Source of the DNA: a virus
Reading direction: 5' to 3' (one strand)
Virus genome (UHGV): UHGV-0369746
Length of the DNA stretch: 25,632 bases
In this document: positions 1-12,912 of the stretch, one piece after another
How positions within the stretch are numbered: the first letter of the stretch is position 1
Layout: the number at the start of each line of letters is the position of its first letter
Position numbers and translations under genes: made by a program
The notes under the pieces: model-generated
Told to the model about the DNA's origin: nothing
Database searches by the model: none
Seen by the model: the letters and a program-made list of their open reading frames with translations, nothing else

Positions 1-148
1 TGAATCTGAGGCAGCACCTGGCACGGCTGGGACGGAAGTCGCTGTCGTTCTCAAAATCGGTGGAGCTGCATGACAAAGTCATCGGGCATTATCTGAACAT
101 AAAACACTATCAATAAGTTGGAGTCATTACCTGTTTTCCGCTTCAGGG

Positions 149-197
149 AAAAAATAGCATCCAACCGCAGCACGTTCTTGCTTAAGACGTGCTGCGG
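149..197 (-). terminator. Candidate intrinsic terminator downstream of tfa
   Basis: Perfect 11-bp inverted repeat (165-175 / 187-197) with 11-nt loop, 15 nt past the tfa stop; on the minus strand it is followed after 10 nt by a 6-U run (plus-strand A-run 149-154). Stem-to-U-tract spacing is longer than canonical. Confidence 0.4.
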
Positions 198-211
198 CAT
201 AATCCCAATGA

Positions 212-796
212 TTACTCCCTGACAGGGTTCGTAGGCCACTCAATATCAGGTGCAGTTGATGTATCAACACGGTTCAGCAACACCCGATACTTTTTCCAGG
301 CTTCCAGCAATGAGGTTTCTTCCTCCGTTGCGATTTCCAGATCTACAGCATCCTGAAGTGGCGCAATATGCTCACTGGCTACCTGCATCAGGCTGTTTTT
401 TGTTTCTTCCGCCTCCCGGATCCGGAACAGTTTTTCTGCTTCTGCATCTTTCACCCAGGCTGTGCCGTTCCACTTCTGAAACTCCCCTTCCGGCGATAAC
501 CAGGTAACATTTTCCGGTAACGGACCGAGTTCAGAAATAAATAACTCGTCCCCTGACGCTACGTCATAAACCGTTTTACCCCGATGGTCTTCAACGAGAT
601 GCCACGATGCCTCATCACTGTTGAAAACAGCCACGAAACCAGCCGGAATATCTGGCGGTGCAATATCGGTACTGTTTGCTGGCAGACCTGTATGAGGCGG
701 AATATATGCATCACCTTCACCAATAAATTCATTAGTTCCGGACAGCAGATTATAAATTTTTATGGTCCGTGGTTGTTCACTCATTCTGAATGCCAT
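212..796 (-). CDS. tfa: Tail fibre assembly chaperone Tfa
   Basis: 194-aa ORF, near-identical over its length to lambda Tfa as recalled ([18 protein letters not shown]...); start ATG overlaps the stf stop by 1 nt (TAATG). Confidence 0.9.
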   Translation of the reverse strand: MAFRMSEQPRTIKIYNLLSGTNEFIGEGDAYIPPHTGLPANSTDIAPPDIPAGFVAVFNSDEASWHLVEDHRGKTVYDVASGDELFISELGPLPENVTWLSPEGEFQKWNGTAWVKDAEAEKLFRIREAEETKNSLMQVASEHIAPLQDAVDLEIATEEETSLLEAWKKYRVLLNRVDTSTAPDIEWPTNPVRE

Positions 797-3700
797 TATG
801 CAAGCCTCACAATATAGTTAAATGCGATGTTTTTGACGGTGTTTTCCGCGTTACCAGCAGCGTTAACGGTGATGGTGTGTCCATGTGAACCAATCGCAAC
901 GGAGTGCGTATGAGCACCAATACCGACAGTATGTGCATGTGCGCCTGCGCTTGCAGCAGTACCCGATACAGAGTGCGTATGAGCGCCTGCAGAAGAAGTG
1001 TTAACACTGTATTTAGAATAATCAGGTGATCCACTTCCCGGAGCACCACTGGAACCACCTGAAACAAATGTCATCGAATGGGTATGTGCACCGGCTGAAG
1101 CAGCCGTACCGCTAACACTATGGGTATGCGCACCAGTGTTATTCGTGGATTTAGTGCCGTAATCAAACGACGATGTGGTTTTCGTCCCCAAATCCGTACT
1201 GGATACGCTGGCGCTGTGGGTGTGTGATTTAATGCCGTCCTGTTCCTGAGACAATACGGCCCGACCACTGGCGGGCTTGCCCTTAATCGTCCAGCCACGC
1301 ATATCAGGGATCACGCCTGACGGATAAGCGGCAGCAAGTTTCGGGTAGGCAGATTTGTCAAAAGTCTGCCCCTGCATCAGGGCATAACCAGACGGAACGG
1401 TATCTGATGGCCACGGGATTGGTGCACCGACTGGATAAAACTCTGCAGGAGGATGAGCCGAGGTGTAAAGCTGCGCCCACGGCGACCAGTTTGCGTCGGT
1501 CGTATCCCGTCGTGAACGAATAAATGCCGGAGCATGAGCACCGCTTGTACCACTCCAGCCGATGAGTAACTCACCTTCGCCAACGGCTGTCATCCCTTTC
1601 AGGTGAATGATATTTCCATACGTTGTTGGATATCCGTTGTTATACACCTCGTATAATTCAAGACCTGCTGCCCCCTGCGTATTGTCTGTCAGCGCGGCTA
1701 CCCGACCTTTTGAAGCCAGATTAACTGATGATACTGCTGTTCCACCTGACGGTAGTGCCCCGATCTCTGATGCCGTTGGCTTATTTCTGGAGTTATAGTC
1801 CCTTCGCCAGCCAGGTGAATAATCTGTTCCGTGATTAATATAGGTAAACTGGGCGTTGGTTGTTCCGCCACCGCTGGATGTGGTCGGAGTGGTAATGCGG
1901 ATCGTCATCGCTGACTTTATCCCCATTACTTCAATGACAGCTCCGGCGAGATGAATATTACCGCAGCCAGTATCAGTAATGATTTTATTATTGCCATAAG
2001 ACCAGGAACCCTTGCACATCCAGTATGGATGGTTAAATGCTCCCTGAGAATCCAGCCACTCGATAAACTGTGCAGTCGTCCAGTTTCCTGTTGTTGTGCT
2101 TACTGACCCACCGAAGGCACGGCAGGCACCAATATTTTTCGTAAAGGTGTCTTTGCCAGGGATATCCGCACCGTTCTGATCTTTCTGCAGACGTTTCTCA
2201 GCATTGTCATTGGCTGCTTTTACTGCCTTTGGCGTTGCCGCCAGCGTTTCAGACGTGCTGTTGGTCGCGCTGCTTAGCTGGATTATCCCTTTCTGTGCTG
2301 TCGTTGCATCCTGTGCGGTGTATTTCCCGTTAGCCAGGTCATACGCGGCCTTAACGGCTTTTGGTGTTGCCGCCAGTGACTCGGAAGTGCTGTTAGTCGC
2401 ACTACTGAGCTGTACTATCCCCTTTTTCGTCGTGCTCGCATCCTCAAGCGCCACGGCGGATGCAATATCCTCTGCCCGTTTTGCCGCTGTCTCAGCGCGC
2501 GTTGCTGCAGATTCCGCCGTACTTTTGCTCTGAGCTGCTGCCTTCGCACTACCAGCAGCCTCTGTCGCCTTCGTGGATGCCGTCGTGGCGCTGCCCTTCG
2601 CTGCTGACGCCTGTCTGGTCGCCTCATCTTTTGAAGCAGACGCCGATGATGCCGATGACGCCGCCGAACTGGCGGACGATGCCGCTGCCGTTTTTGAGGA
2701 TTCTGCACGGGTTTCCGACGCTTTCGCGTTCGTTTCGGATGTCTTCGCTGCGGAAGCTGACCTCGCTGCTGCCGTGGCCTGCTCAGTGGCTTCGCCAGCC
2801 TTCGTTGTGGCTGTTGAAGCGGATGATGCGGCGCTTTCTGCCGATTTTCCGGCGGCGGTGGCACTGGCTGAGGCCTGCCCGGCACTTGTTGACGCGGCAC
2901 TGGCAGATGATGCAGCCGCTGTTTTTGAGCCTGCCGCAGCTGAGGCACTCTGTGCTGCTGCCGTTTCAGAGGACCTGGCGTTTGTCTCAGACGTCTTTGC
3001 CGCCTTCGCGGAATTTCCTGCCGCCGTTGCCGAGGAAGCTGCACTACTGGCGCTTGATGATGCGTTCGTTTCTGATGATTTTGCCGCCTCTTTTGAAGCC
3101 GACGCATCCCTGGCTGAGGTGGCAGCTTCTGACGCTTTCGTGGTCGCGGTGGATGCAGAAGTGGCTGCAGATTGTTGTGACGCTGCAGCATTCGTTTCTG
3201 ACGTTTTCGCCGCACCGGCACTGGTAGCCGCCGCGCTTTTTGAGGACTCTGCAGCGGCAGCACTTTTTGAGGCTTCAGTGGCCTTTGTTGATGCCGTTCC
3301 TGCGCTGGAAGACGCTGACTGAGCCGACGTCGCGGCCTGTCCGGCTGACGTGCTGGCTGCACGTGCTGAATCTGCAGCATCAGTCGCATGGGTTGCCGCC
3401 TCACTGGCAGATGTGCTGGCATCACTGGCTGACTTCTTCGCGGCTGCCGTGTTCTGTGCCACTGCGGACGCGTTACGCGCCACCTCTTCCACCATCAGTT
3501 CAAAACGTCGCAATGCCTCCGGACGGGCATCATCCTCCGTCATGGCACCGAGAAAATCATTCAGCGTACCGGGTTGAGAATCTTCATACACGGTGATGGT
3601 CCCGGCATGTGACGGCGGGAATCCCTCCACCAACAGAATAACGCTGTACTGACCGTACTCAACGTCCATGCTGTAACGCCCGGCTTCATCCGGATTTTCT

Positions 3701-3819
3701 GAGGCCAGCGTGTTCACCACCACAGTGGTACTGTTACGTTTTGCTTTCAGCTGGATTGTGCAGTTCTGTACCGGTTTTCCTGTGCCGTCTTTCAGTACAC
3801 CTGAAATCTTTACTGCCAT
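796..3819 (-). CDS. stf: Side tail fibre protein Stf
   Basis: N-terminus [27 protein letters not shown] matches lambda Stf as recalled. Long Ala/Ser/Thr-rich low-complexity middle; C-terminal GAHTHS/HxH repeats. Start placed at the ATG at 3819; the track ORF begins 2 codons upstream at a GTG. Confidence 0.85.
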   Translation of the reverse strand: MAVKISGVLKDGTGKPVQNCTIQLKAKRNSTTVVVNTLASENPDEAGRYSMDVEYGQYSVILLVEGFPPSHAGTITVYEDSQPGTLNDFLGAMTEDDARPEALRRFELMVEEVARNASAVAQNTAAAKKSASDASTSASEAATHATDAADSARAASTSAGQAATSAQSASSSAGTASTKATEASKSAAAAESSKSAAATSAGAAKTSETNAAASQQSAATSASTATTKASEAATSARDASASKEAAKSSETNASSSASSAASSATAAGNSAKAAKTSETNARSSETAAAQSASAAAGSKTAAASSASAASTSAGQASASATAAGKSAESAASSASTATTKAGEATEQATAAARSASAAKTSETNAKASETRAESSKTAAASSASSAASSASSASASKDEATRQASAAKGSATTASTKATEAAGSAKAAAQSKSTAESAATRAETAAKRAEDIASAVALEDASTTKKGIVQLSSATNSTSESLAATPKAVKAAYDLANGKYTAQDATTAQKGIIQLSSATNSTSETLAATPKAVKAANDNAEKRLQKDQNGADIPGKDTFTKNIGACRAFGGSVSTTTGNWTTAQFIEWLDSQGAFNHPYWMCKGSWSYGNNKIITDTGCGNIHLAGAVIEVMGIKSAMTIRITTPTTSSGGGTTNAQFTYINHGTDYSPGWRRDYNSRNKPTASEIGALPSGGTAVSSVNLASKGRVAALTDNTQGAAGLELYEVYNNGYPTTYGNIIHLKGMTAVGEGELLIGWSGTSGAHAPAFIRSRRDTTDANWSPWAQLYTSAHPPAEFYPVGAPIPWPSDTVPSGYALMQGQTFDKSAYPKLAAAYPSGVIPDMRGWTIKGKPASGRAVLSQEQDGIKSHTHSASVSSTDLGTKTTSSFDYGTKSTNNTGAHTHSVSGTAASAGAHTHSMTFVSGGSSGAPGSGSPDYSKYSVNTSSAGAHTHSVSGTAASAGAHAHTVGIGAHTHSVAIGSHGHTITVNAAGNAENTVKNIAFNYIVRLA

Positions 3820-3829
3820 ATTCACCCCA

Positions 3830-3857
3830 CAAAAAAGCCCGCCTGAACCGGCGGGCT
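3830..3857 (-). terminator. Intrinsic terminator downstream of lom
   Basis: On the minus strand: stem AGCCCGCC / GGCGGGCT (3836-3843 / 3850-3857), 6-nt loop, followed by UUUUUUGU (plus A-run 3831-3836). Lies between the lom stop (3884) and the stf start (3819). Confidence 0.6.
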
Positions 3858-3883
3858 GTCATAACACTGTGTTACCTGGCTAA

Positions 3884-4483
3884 TCAGAACTTATAACCGA
3901 CACCCATGATGAAACCGTCAGTGCGCCAGTCGCCACTGCCGGAGCCTTCATAAGCAATATCAATGGCCACGGATTCGGTCGGGTTAAACTGCACGCCAGC
4001 TCCCCACGCCAGAGACGTGTTGCTGTGGCGACCGTCATCACTTCCGGTCAGCACGTCGTGCGTTTTCCCCTTGTTGTCAGTTACGCGGAGATAATCCCCG
4101 GAGAAAGTCGACACACGGCTGTAAGCCACACCCGCCATCGCATACGCGCTGAACCATTCATTCACGCGCACAGACGGCCCCACCATCACGCTGAACCAGC
4201 GGTTACGAACGGAATCTTCATGCCAGCGGGTATCGCTGTAACGGGTCAGCTGGCGATTCTTGTCTCCTGCATAGCTGAATGACGTCACCAGCCCCAGTGT
4301 GTCCGTAAACTCATAACGGTATTTCACGTTAATCCCGTTCAGATCATCGCTGCCGGGAACGTTCGTCGAGGCATGAAGATACCCCGCGCTCAGCGTGGAC
4401 TGATGTTCAGACGCCCATGCAGGCGCACCGGATACGGCCAGACAAATGGCTGCGGACAAAATGGCGGCATAAAGTTTACGCAT
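3884..4483 (-). CDS. lom: Outer membrane protein Lom (Ail/Lom family beta-barrel)
   Basis: 199-aa ORF with N-terminal signal peptide (MRKLYAAILSAAICLAVSGAPAWA) and C-terminal aromatic residue (…GVGYKF); matches lambda Lom as recalled. GAGAGG Shine-Dalgarno 6 nt upstream of ATG. Confidence 0.9.
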   Translation of the reverse strand: MRKLYAAILSAAICLAVSGAPAWASEHQSTLSAGYLHASTNVPGSDDLNGINVKYRYEFTDTLGLVTSFSYAGDKNRQLTRYSDTRWHEDSVRNRWFSVMVGPSVRVNEWFSAYAMAGVAYSRVSTFSGDYLRVTDNKGKTHDVLTGSDDGRHSNTSLAWGAGVQFNPTESVAIDIAYEGSGSGDWRTDGFIMGVGYKF

Positions 4484-4507
4484 AATTACCTCTCGCTTTT
4501 CTGCAAT

Positions 4508-4531
4508 AAAAAAGGCGTCATTTCTGACGCC
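4508..4531 (-). terminator. Intrinsic terminator between J and lom
   Basis: On the minus strand: GGCGUCA-gaaa-UGACGCC hairpin (plus 4514-4520 / 4525-4531) followed by UUUUUUAUU (plus A-run 4508-4513). Confidence 0.6.
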
Positions 4532-4549
4532 CGTTATGGGTTATAAAAT

Positions 4550-7951
<3,402 letters not shown>

Positions 7952-7970
7952 TCATGCTCCATAAACGATA

Positions 7971-7990
7971 AAACCGCCCGGAGGCGGTTT
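7971..7990 (-). terminator. Hairpin plus U-rich tract in the I-J intergenic gap (terminator-like or mRNA stability element)
   Basis: Stem AAACCGCC / GGCGGTTT (7971-7978 / 7983-7990), loop cgga; on the minus strand followed by UUUAUCGUUUAU. Sits 23 nt upstream of the J start codon. Confidence 0.35.
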
Positions 7991-8008
7991 CACATAAAAC
8001 ATTTTGCA

Positions 8009-8680
8009 TCAGCGACCAATCACCACAACCTGACCACCGTCCCCTTCGTCTGCCGTGCTGATCTCCTGAGAAACCACGCGTGACCCCACGCGCATTTCAC
8101 CGTACAGAACCGGCAGAACATTGCCCTGGGCAACCATGTTATCCAGTGAGGAGAAATAGGTGTTCTGTTTGCCGTTATCCGTTGTCTGTGTACGGGGAGT
8201 TCTGGCTTTCGGTGCCAGCATCTGCGCCACACCACCGAGCACCATACTGGCACCGAGAGAAAACAGGATGCCGGTCATACCACCGGCCCCAATGGCTGCC
8301 CCCCATGCTGCAAGGGTGGCTCCGGCGGTAAAGAATGATCCGGCAATGGCGGCAGCCCCCAGGACAATCTGGAATACGCCACCTGACTTGGCCCCGGCGA
8401 CTCTGGGAACAATATGAATCACAGCGCCATCAGGCAGAGTCTCATGTAACTGCGCCGTTAACCCGGACGTGCTGACGTCCCGCCCGGCAATCCGTACCTG
8501 ATACCAGCCGTCGCTCAGTTTCTGACGAAACACCGGGAGCTGTGTGGCCAGTGCGCGGATGGCTTCAGCCCCCGTTTTCACACGAAGGTCGATGCGGCGG
8601 CCAAATCGTTGCAAATCCCCGTAAAGGCAGATGCGCGCCATGCCCGGTGACGCCAGAGGGAGTGTGTGCGTCGCTGCCAT
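8009..8680 (-). CDS. I: Tail assembly protein I
   Basis: 223-aa ORF matching lambda gpI in length and sequence as recalled; overlaps the 3' end of K by 103 nt, the same overlap length I recall for lambda. Confidence 0.9.
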   Translation of the reverse strand: MAATHTLPLASPGMARICLYGDLQRFGRRIDLRVKTGAEAIRALATQLPVFRQKLSDGWYQVRIAGRDVSTSGLTAQLHETLPDGAVIHIVPRVAGAKSGGVFQIVLGAAAIAGSFFTAGATLAAWGAAIGAGGMTGILFSLGASMVLGGVAQMLAPKARTPRTQTTDNGKQNTYFSSLDNMVAQGNVLPVLYGEMRVGSRVVSQEISTADEGDGGQVVVIGR

Positions 8681-9321
8681 TTGTCGGTATACCTCTCTCG
8701 TTTGCTCAGTTGTTCAGGAATATGGTGCAGCAGCTCGCCATCACCACAGTAAATGGCGGCATGATTCGGCACCGATGAACCAAAACAGCACAGCAGCACA
8801 TCGCCCGGTTGTGCTGATGACAACGGCACCTGATACAGCCCTGTGGCCTCCAGATTATCCAGATAGAGATTCTGACCGTGACGCCACCAGTCATCCTCGC
8901 GATGAAAATCCGGCATCTCAATCCCCGCCAGATGATAAGCATCCCGGAACAGCGTGTAACAGTCCGTCACCCCGTGCTCAAAGCGCCGCCCGGTGAGATG
9001 CGGCACACAGCGGAACTTATGAATCGTCCCCCGGCAGACCAGCCACCACGGCAAATCACTCTGCACCTGCAGCCGCCGGTCGGCCTCACTCAGCCAGGGC
9101 AGACCACCGGGGTGGCTGTGGACCAGCGCCACAATCTCACCCTGCATTTCTGCCTGCAGCCAGTCTTCCGGCGACATACGGAAATACGCCTCCGGCTCAC
9201 CGGAGATATTCACGCAGGGGAAATATCTTTCCCCCTCCGGCGTGCTTACCACGAAGCCGCACGACTCCGCTGGCGCACATCGCCGGGCGTGCGCCAGAAT
9301 CGCTGATTCTGTCTGTGTCAT
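8578..9321 (-). CDS. K: Tail assembly protein K (JAB/MPN-like plus NlpC/P60-like domains)
   Basis: 247-aa ORF containing the lambda K sequence as recalled; HSHP motif is typical of a JAB/MPN metalloprotease fold. Start at 9321 lies 5 nt after the L stop; classical lambda annotation uses a shorter internal start. Confidence 0.85.
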   Translation of the reverse strand: MTQTESAILAHARRCAPAESCGFVVSTPEGERYFPCVNISGEPEAYFRMSPEDWLQAEMQGEIVALVHSHPGGLPWLSEADRRLQVQSDLPWWLVCRGTIHKFRCVPHLTGRRFEHGVTDCYTLFRDAYHLAGIEMPDFHREDDWWRHGQNLYLDNLEATGLYQVPLSSAQPGDVLLCCFGSSVPNHAAIYCGDGELLHHIPEQLSKRERYTDKWQRRTHSLWRHRAWRASAFTGICNDLAAASTFV

Positions 9322-9326
9322 GGGAT

Positions 9327-10025
9327 TTACTGCGAAAGTTTGTTAATGGAAAGGAAGCCGCCAAAGTTGCCGACGTTATTGCGAAACTTACAGCCACTCA
9401 GGCATTTGCTGCATTTATCCTTCGTGATATCGGACGTTGTCTGGTCATATTCATCCGCGACCGCCGGACCGTGATAACCGCACTCATCGCCGCGATAGGT
9501 CCAGGTGCAGGTGTTGGCCAGCATGATACGTCCCGGAAAAACAGCGCCATCTGTTTCCGTCGGCGTGGACAGTACAAAGGAGGCACTCACCGCGCTCAGT
9601 TCGCTGCACTGCTCGATGCGCCAGCGGCTGATCACCTCCTGCTCCGGATCGGCGTCACTGTTTCCGTTAACGAAGTTCACCGCATCCAGAAAACGGGCGT
9701 AAACCTTACGCCGGACCACCGTTCCGCCGACCAGACTCTGCAGATCTTCCGCCATCCCGGTGACCATACCGTACAGGTTAGAAACCGTCAGCGTGGGGCG
9801 CGTACTGGTGCCTTTGCCATTCAGTTCAAAACCACTCCCCTGAATGGGATACGGCTGATACTGTCGCCCCTGCCAGGTGACCGGCTCACCTTTTTCGTTC
9901 AGCTCATTACAGAAAAAATAACGTTCTCCACCGACCTCTGTCAGGTCGATTTCCCAGAGCACCACGCCGGCCGACTGCTCCGCACGGGTGCATTCATTCA
10001 GTGTTTCCTGCCGGATATCCTGCAT
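9327..10025 (-). CDS. L: Minor tail protein L
   Basis: 232-aa ORF matching lambda gpL as recalled, including the C-terminal Cys-rich segment (CSKCLSGC); start overlaps the M stop by 1 nt. Confidence 0.9.
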   Translation of the reverse strand: MQDIRQETLNECTRAEQSAGVVLWEIDLTEVGGERYFFCNELNEKGEPVTWQGRQYQPYPIQGSGFELNGKGTSTRPTLTVSNLYGMVTGMAEDLQSLVGGTVVRRKVYARFLDAVNFVNGNSDADPEQEVISRWRIEQCSELSAVSASFVLSTPTETDGAVFPGRIMLANTCTWTYRGDECGYHGPAVADEYDQTTSDITKDKCSKCLSGCKFRNNVGNFGGFLSINKLSQ

Positions 10026-10354
10026 CAGTTCACCACCTGTTCAAACTCTGCGCTGAACTCAACACGCAGCATACTGACCCGCGACGACCATTTTGCGCAG
10101 GTCACCTTTATCTGCCGCCACTCATAAGGCGGCGTCCACAGAAAGGCTTTCCAGCCCCCGTGCTCTTCCAGAAACGACTCCAGTACCGTGGCCTCCTCAC
10201 GGGGGACAGAAAGCGTCACGCTGTACGTTTTCAGGTTGGCATTCAGCCCGGCAGGCGCTCGCTGGGAATAGCCATCACCAAAGCGCACCTTTCTTACAGA
10301 AGGGGCCGAAGCCACATCCATACCGGGTTTCACTTTCCAGCGGAAGGTTTTCAT
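10025..10354 (-). CDS. M: Minor tail protein M
   Basis: 109-aa ORF matching lambda gpM as recalled; ATGA overlap with the H stop. Confidence 0.9.
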   Translation of the reverse strand: MKTFRWKVKPGMDVASAPSVRKVRFGDGYSQRAPAGLNANLKTYSVTLSVPREEATVLESFLEEHGGWKAFLWTPPYEWRQIKVTCAKWSSRVSMLRVEFSAEFEQVVN

Positions 10355-12912
10355 CGTCCACCTCCGGAGAACAGGCCACCATCACGCATCTGTGTCTGAA
10401 TTTCATCACGGGCACCCTTGCGGGCCATGTCATACACTGCCTTCATCATCTGTGGACCTGGCAGACCATTCGTACCGTCGTTCTGAATCACCACGTGATT
10501 GTTCTGATTAAAATTAATGCCTTCAGCCCGCCGCATCTGCGCCGGACTTCCGGCACCGCCCACATAACCACCTTCCGCATAGCCCCGCATCAGGCGGTAC
10601 AGGTTGCCGACACCAATCCGGCTGGTTGCCTCCTTCGTGAAGACAAATTCACCACGGTGAACAATCCCCGCTGGCTCATATTTGCCGCCGGTTCCCGTAA
10701 ATCCCCCGGTCGCAAAATGGAATTTCGCCGCAGCGGCCTGAATGGCTGTACCGCCTGACGCGGATGCTCCACCACTGGCAGCACCGCCAATGGCGCTGCC
10801 GATACTCCCGACAATCCCCACCATTGCCTGCTTAAGCAGAATTTCTGTCATCATGGACAGCACGGAACGGGTGAAGCTGCGCCAGTTCTGCTCACTGCCG
10901 GTCAGCATCGCCGCCATATTCTGTGCAATACCATCAAAGGTCTGCGTGGCTGCACTTTTAACCTGCGACATACTGTCCGTGGCGCTCTCTTCCCACTCAC
11001 TCCAGCCGGACTTCAGGCCTGCCATCCAGCTCCCGCGAAGCTGGTCTTCAGCCGCCCAGGTCTTTTTCTGCTCTGACATGACGTTATTCAGCGCCAGCGG
11101 ATTATCGCCATACTGTTCCTTCAGGCGCTGTTCCGTGGCTTCCCGTTCTGCCTGCCGGTCAGTCAGCCCCCGGCTTTTCGCATCAATGGCGGCCCGTTTT
11201 GCCCGTTGCTGCTGTGCGAATTTATCCGCCTGCTGCGCCAGCGCGTTCAGGCGCTCCTGATACGTAACCTTGTCGCCAAGTGCAGCCAGCTGGCGTTTGT
11301 ACTCCAGCGTCTCATCTTTATGCGCCAGCAGGGATTTCTCCTGTGCAGACAGCTGGCGACGTTGCGCCGCCTCCTCCAGTACCGCGAACTGACTCTCCGC
11401 CTTCCACAAATCCCGGCGCTGCTGGCTGATTTTCTCATTCGCTCCGGCATGCTTCTCCAGCGTCCGGAGTTCTGCCTGAAGCGTCAGCAGGGCAGCATGA
11501 GCACTGTCTTCCTGACGATCGCCCGCAGACACCTTCACGCCGGACTGTTTCGGCTTTTTCAGCGTCGCTTCATAATCCTTTTTCGCCGCCGCCATCAGCG
11601 TGTTGTAATCCGCCTGCAGGATTTTCCCGTCTTTCAGTGCCTTGTTCAGTTCTTCCTGACGGGCGGTATATTTCTCCAGCGGCGTCTGCAGCCGTTCGTA
11701 AGCCTTCTGCGCCTCTTCGGTATATTTCAGCCGTGACGCTTCGGTATCGCTCTGCTGCTGCGCATTTTTGTCCTGTTGAGTCTGCTGCTCAGCCTTCTTT
11801 CGGGCGGCTTCAAGCGCAAGACGGGCCTTTTCACGATCATCCCAGTAACGCGCCCGCGCTTCATCGTTAACAAAATAATCATCCTTGCGCAGATTCCAGA
11901 TGTCGTCTGCTTTCTTAAACGCAGCCTCTGCCTTAATCAGCATCTCCTGCGCGGTATCAGGACGACCAATATCCAGCACCGCATCCCACATGGATTTGAA
12001 TGCCCGCGCTGTCCTGTCTGCCCAGGTCTCCAGCGTGCCCATGTTCTCTTTCAGGCGGCGGGTCTGGTCATCAAACCCTTTCGTTGCGGCTTCGTTCGCC
12101 GCCTGCAATGCCCCGGCTTCATCGCCGGAACGCTGCAACTGAGCAACATACGCAATCTGCTCCGCCGTCACGTTATGGAACTGGCGCGCCATCGCTGTCA
12201 GCCCTGACGTCGGGTCTGTGGTCAGCTTCCCGAAGGCTTCAGCGACCTTGTCCACCTCCACGCCGGATGCAGAGGAGAAACGCGCCACACTCTGGCTGAT
12301 GGACGCAATCTGAGCCTCACCGCTTACCCCCGCCTTAACCAGTGCGCTGAGTGACTCGCTGGTCTGGTTAAACGTCAGCCCTGCCGCCTGCCCGGCTCTG
12401 GACAGGACCAGCATACGATCTGCCGTCAGACCCGACTGATGACCGGAAAGGACCAGCGTTTTGTTGAAATCGGACAGGGTTGAGTTGCCCTGATACCAGG
12501 CATACGCCAGCGCACCGGTCGCTACCGCCAGCGAGGTGGCCCCCACCATCGGCAGGGTGAACGCACCGGCAAGCCCCCTGAACATGGGGATCATCCCGCC
12601 GAAGGAGTCCTTAACCTGACCACCCTGTTGCAGCAGGATCAGCCACGGACTTTGCCCGCCTGCAAGCTGCGTGGCCACGTCGGTGAACTGTGCAGGCAGC
12701 ATACGCATGGCGGCTTTGTACTGCCCGACGGAAATCCCCGCTTTCTGTGCAGCCAGCGCCTGTCGGCTCAGCGACTGTTCAACGACTGCCGCTGTTTTTT
12801 TCGCATCACTTTCCGTACCGGAAAAATGACGCCTGACTCTGGCCATCTGCTCGTCAAATCTGGCCGCATCCAGACTCAAATCAACGACCAGATCGCCTAC
12901 CGGTTCAGCCAT
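10351..12912 (-). CDS. H: Tail tape measure protein H
   Basis: 853-aa ORF, same length as lambda gpH; coiled-coil-rich middle and Gly-rich C-terminal segment; overlaps the T stop by 8 nt as in lambda. Confidence 0.95.
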   Translation of the reverse strand: MAEPVGDLVVDLSLDAARFDEQMARVRRHFSGTESDAKKTAAVVEQSLSRQALAAQKAGISVGQYKAAMRMLPAQFTDVATQLAGGQSPWLILLQQGGQVKDSFGGMIPMFRGLAGAFTLPMVGATSLAVATGALAYAWYQGNSTLSDFNKTLVLSGHQSGLTADRMLVLSRAGQAAGLTFNQTSESLSALVKAGVSGEAQIASISQSVARFSSASGVEVDKVAEAFGKLTTDPTSGLTAMARQFHNVTAEQIAYVAQLQRSGDEAGALQAANEAATKGFDDQTRRLKENMGTLETWADRTARAFKSMWDAVLDIGRPDTAQEMLIKAEAAFKKADDIWNLRKDDYFVNDEARARYWDDREKARLALEAARKKAEQQTQQDKNAQQQSDTEASRLKYTEEAQKAYERLQTPLEKYTARQEELNKALKDGKILQADYNTLMAAAKKDYEATLKKPKQSGVKVSAGDRQEDSAHAALLTLQAELRTLEKHAGANEKISQQRRDLWKAESQFAVLEEAAQRRQLSAQEKSLLAHKDETLEYKRQLAALGDKVTYQERLNALAQQADKFAQQQRAKRAAIDAKSRGLTDRQAEREATEQRLKEQYGDNPLALNNVMSEQKKTWAAEDQLRGSWMAGLKSGWSEWEESATDSMSQVKSAATQTFDGIAQNMAAMLTGSEQNWRSFTRSVLSMMTEILLKQAMVGIVGSIGSAIGGAASGGASASGGTAIQAAAAKFHFATGGFTGTGGKYEPAGIVHRGEFVFTKEATSRIGVGNLYRLMRGYAEGGYVGGAGSPAQMRRAEGINFNQNNHVVIQNDGTNGLPGPQMMKAVYDMARKGARDEIQTQMRDGGLFSGGGR

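Noticed and set aside
51-239. 62-aa minus-strand ORF overlapping the tfa 3' end and the downstream hairpin
   Set aside because: Overlaps the tfa stop region and the terminator-like inverted repeat, has no ribosome-binding site and a hydrophobic, unstructured-looking translation; more likely a chance ORF.
2415-3425. 336-aa minus-strand ORF, and plus-strand ORFs 2204..2533, 2460..3227, 2573..3322, 3240..3596 overlapping stf
   Set aside because: All are alternative-frame or antisense readings of the low-complexity repeat region of stf (Arg/Pro/Gln-rich or Ala/Asp-rich), which is expected from repetitive GCN-rich sequence.
10742-12299. Several 60-180-aa plus-strand ORFs antisense to H (10742..11260, 11206..11736, 11776..12207, 12000..12299 and others)
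   Set aside because: Embedded in the tape measure gene on the opposite strand; translations are low-complexity with no recognisable motifs; the lambda late region is densely coding on one strand only.
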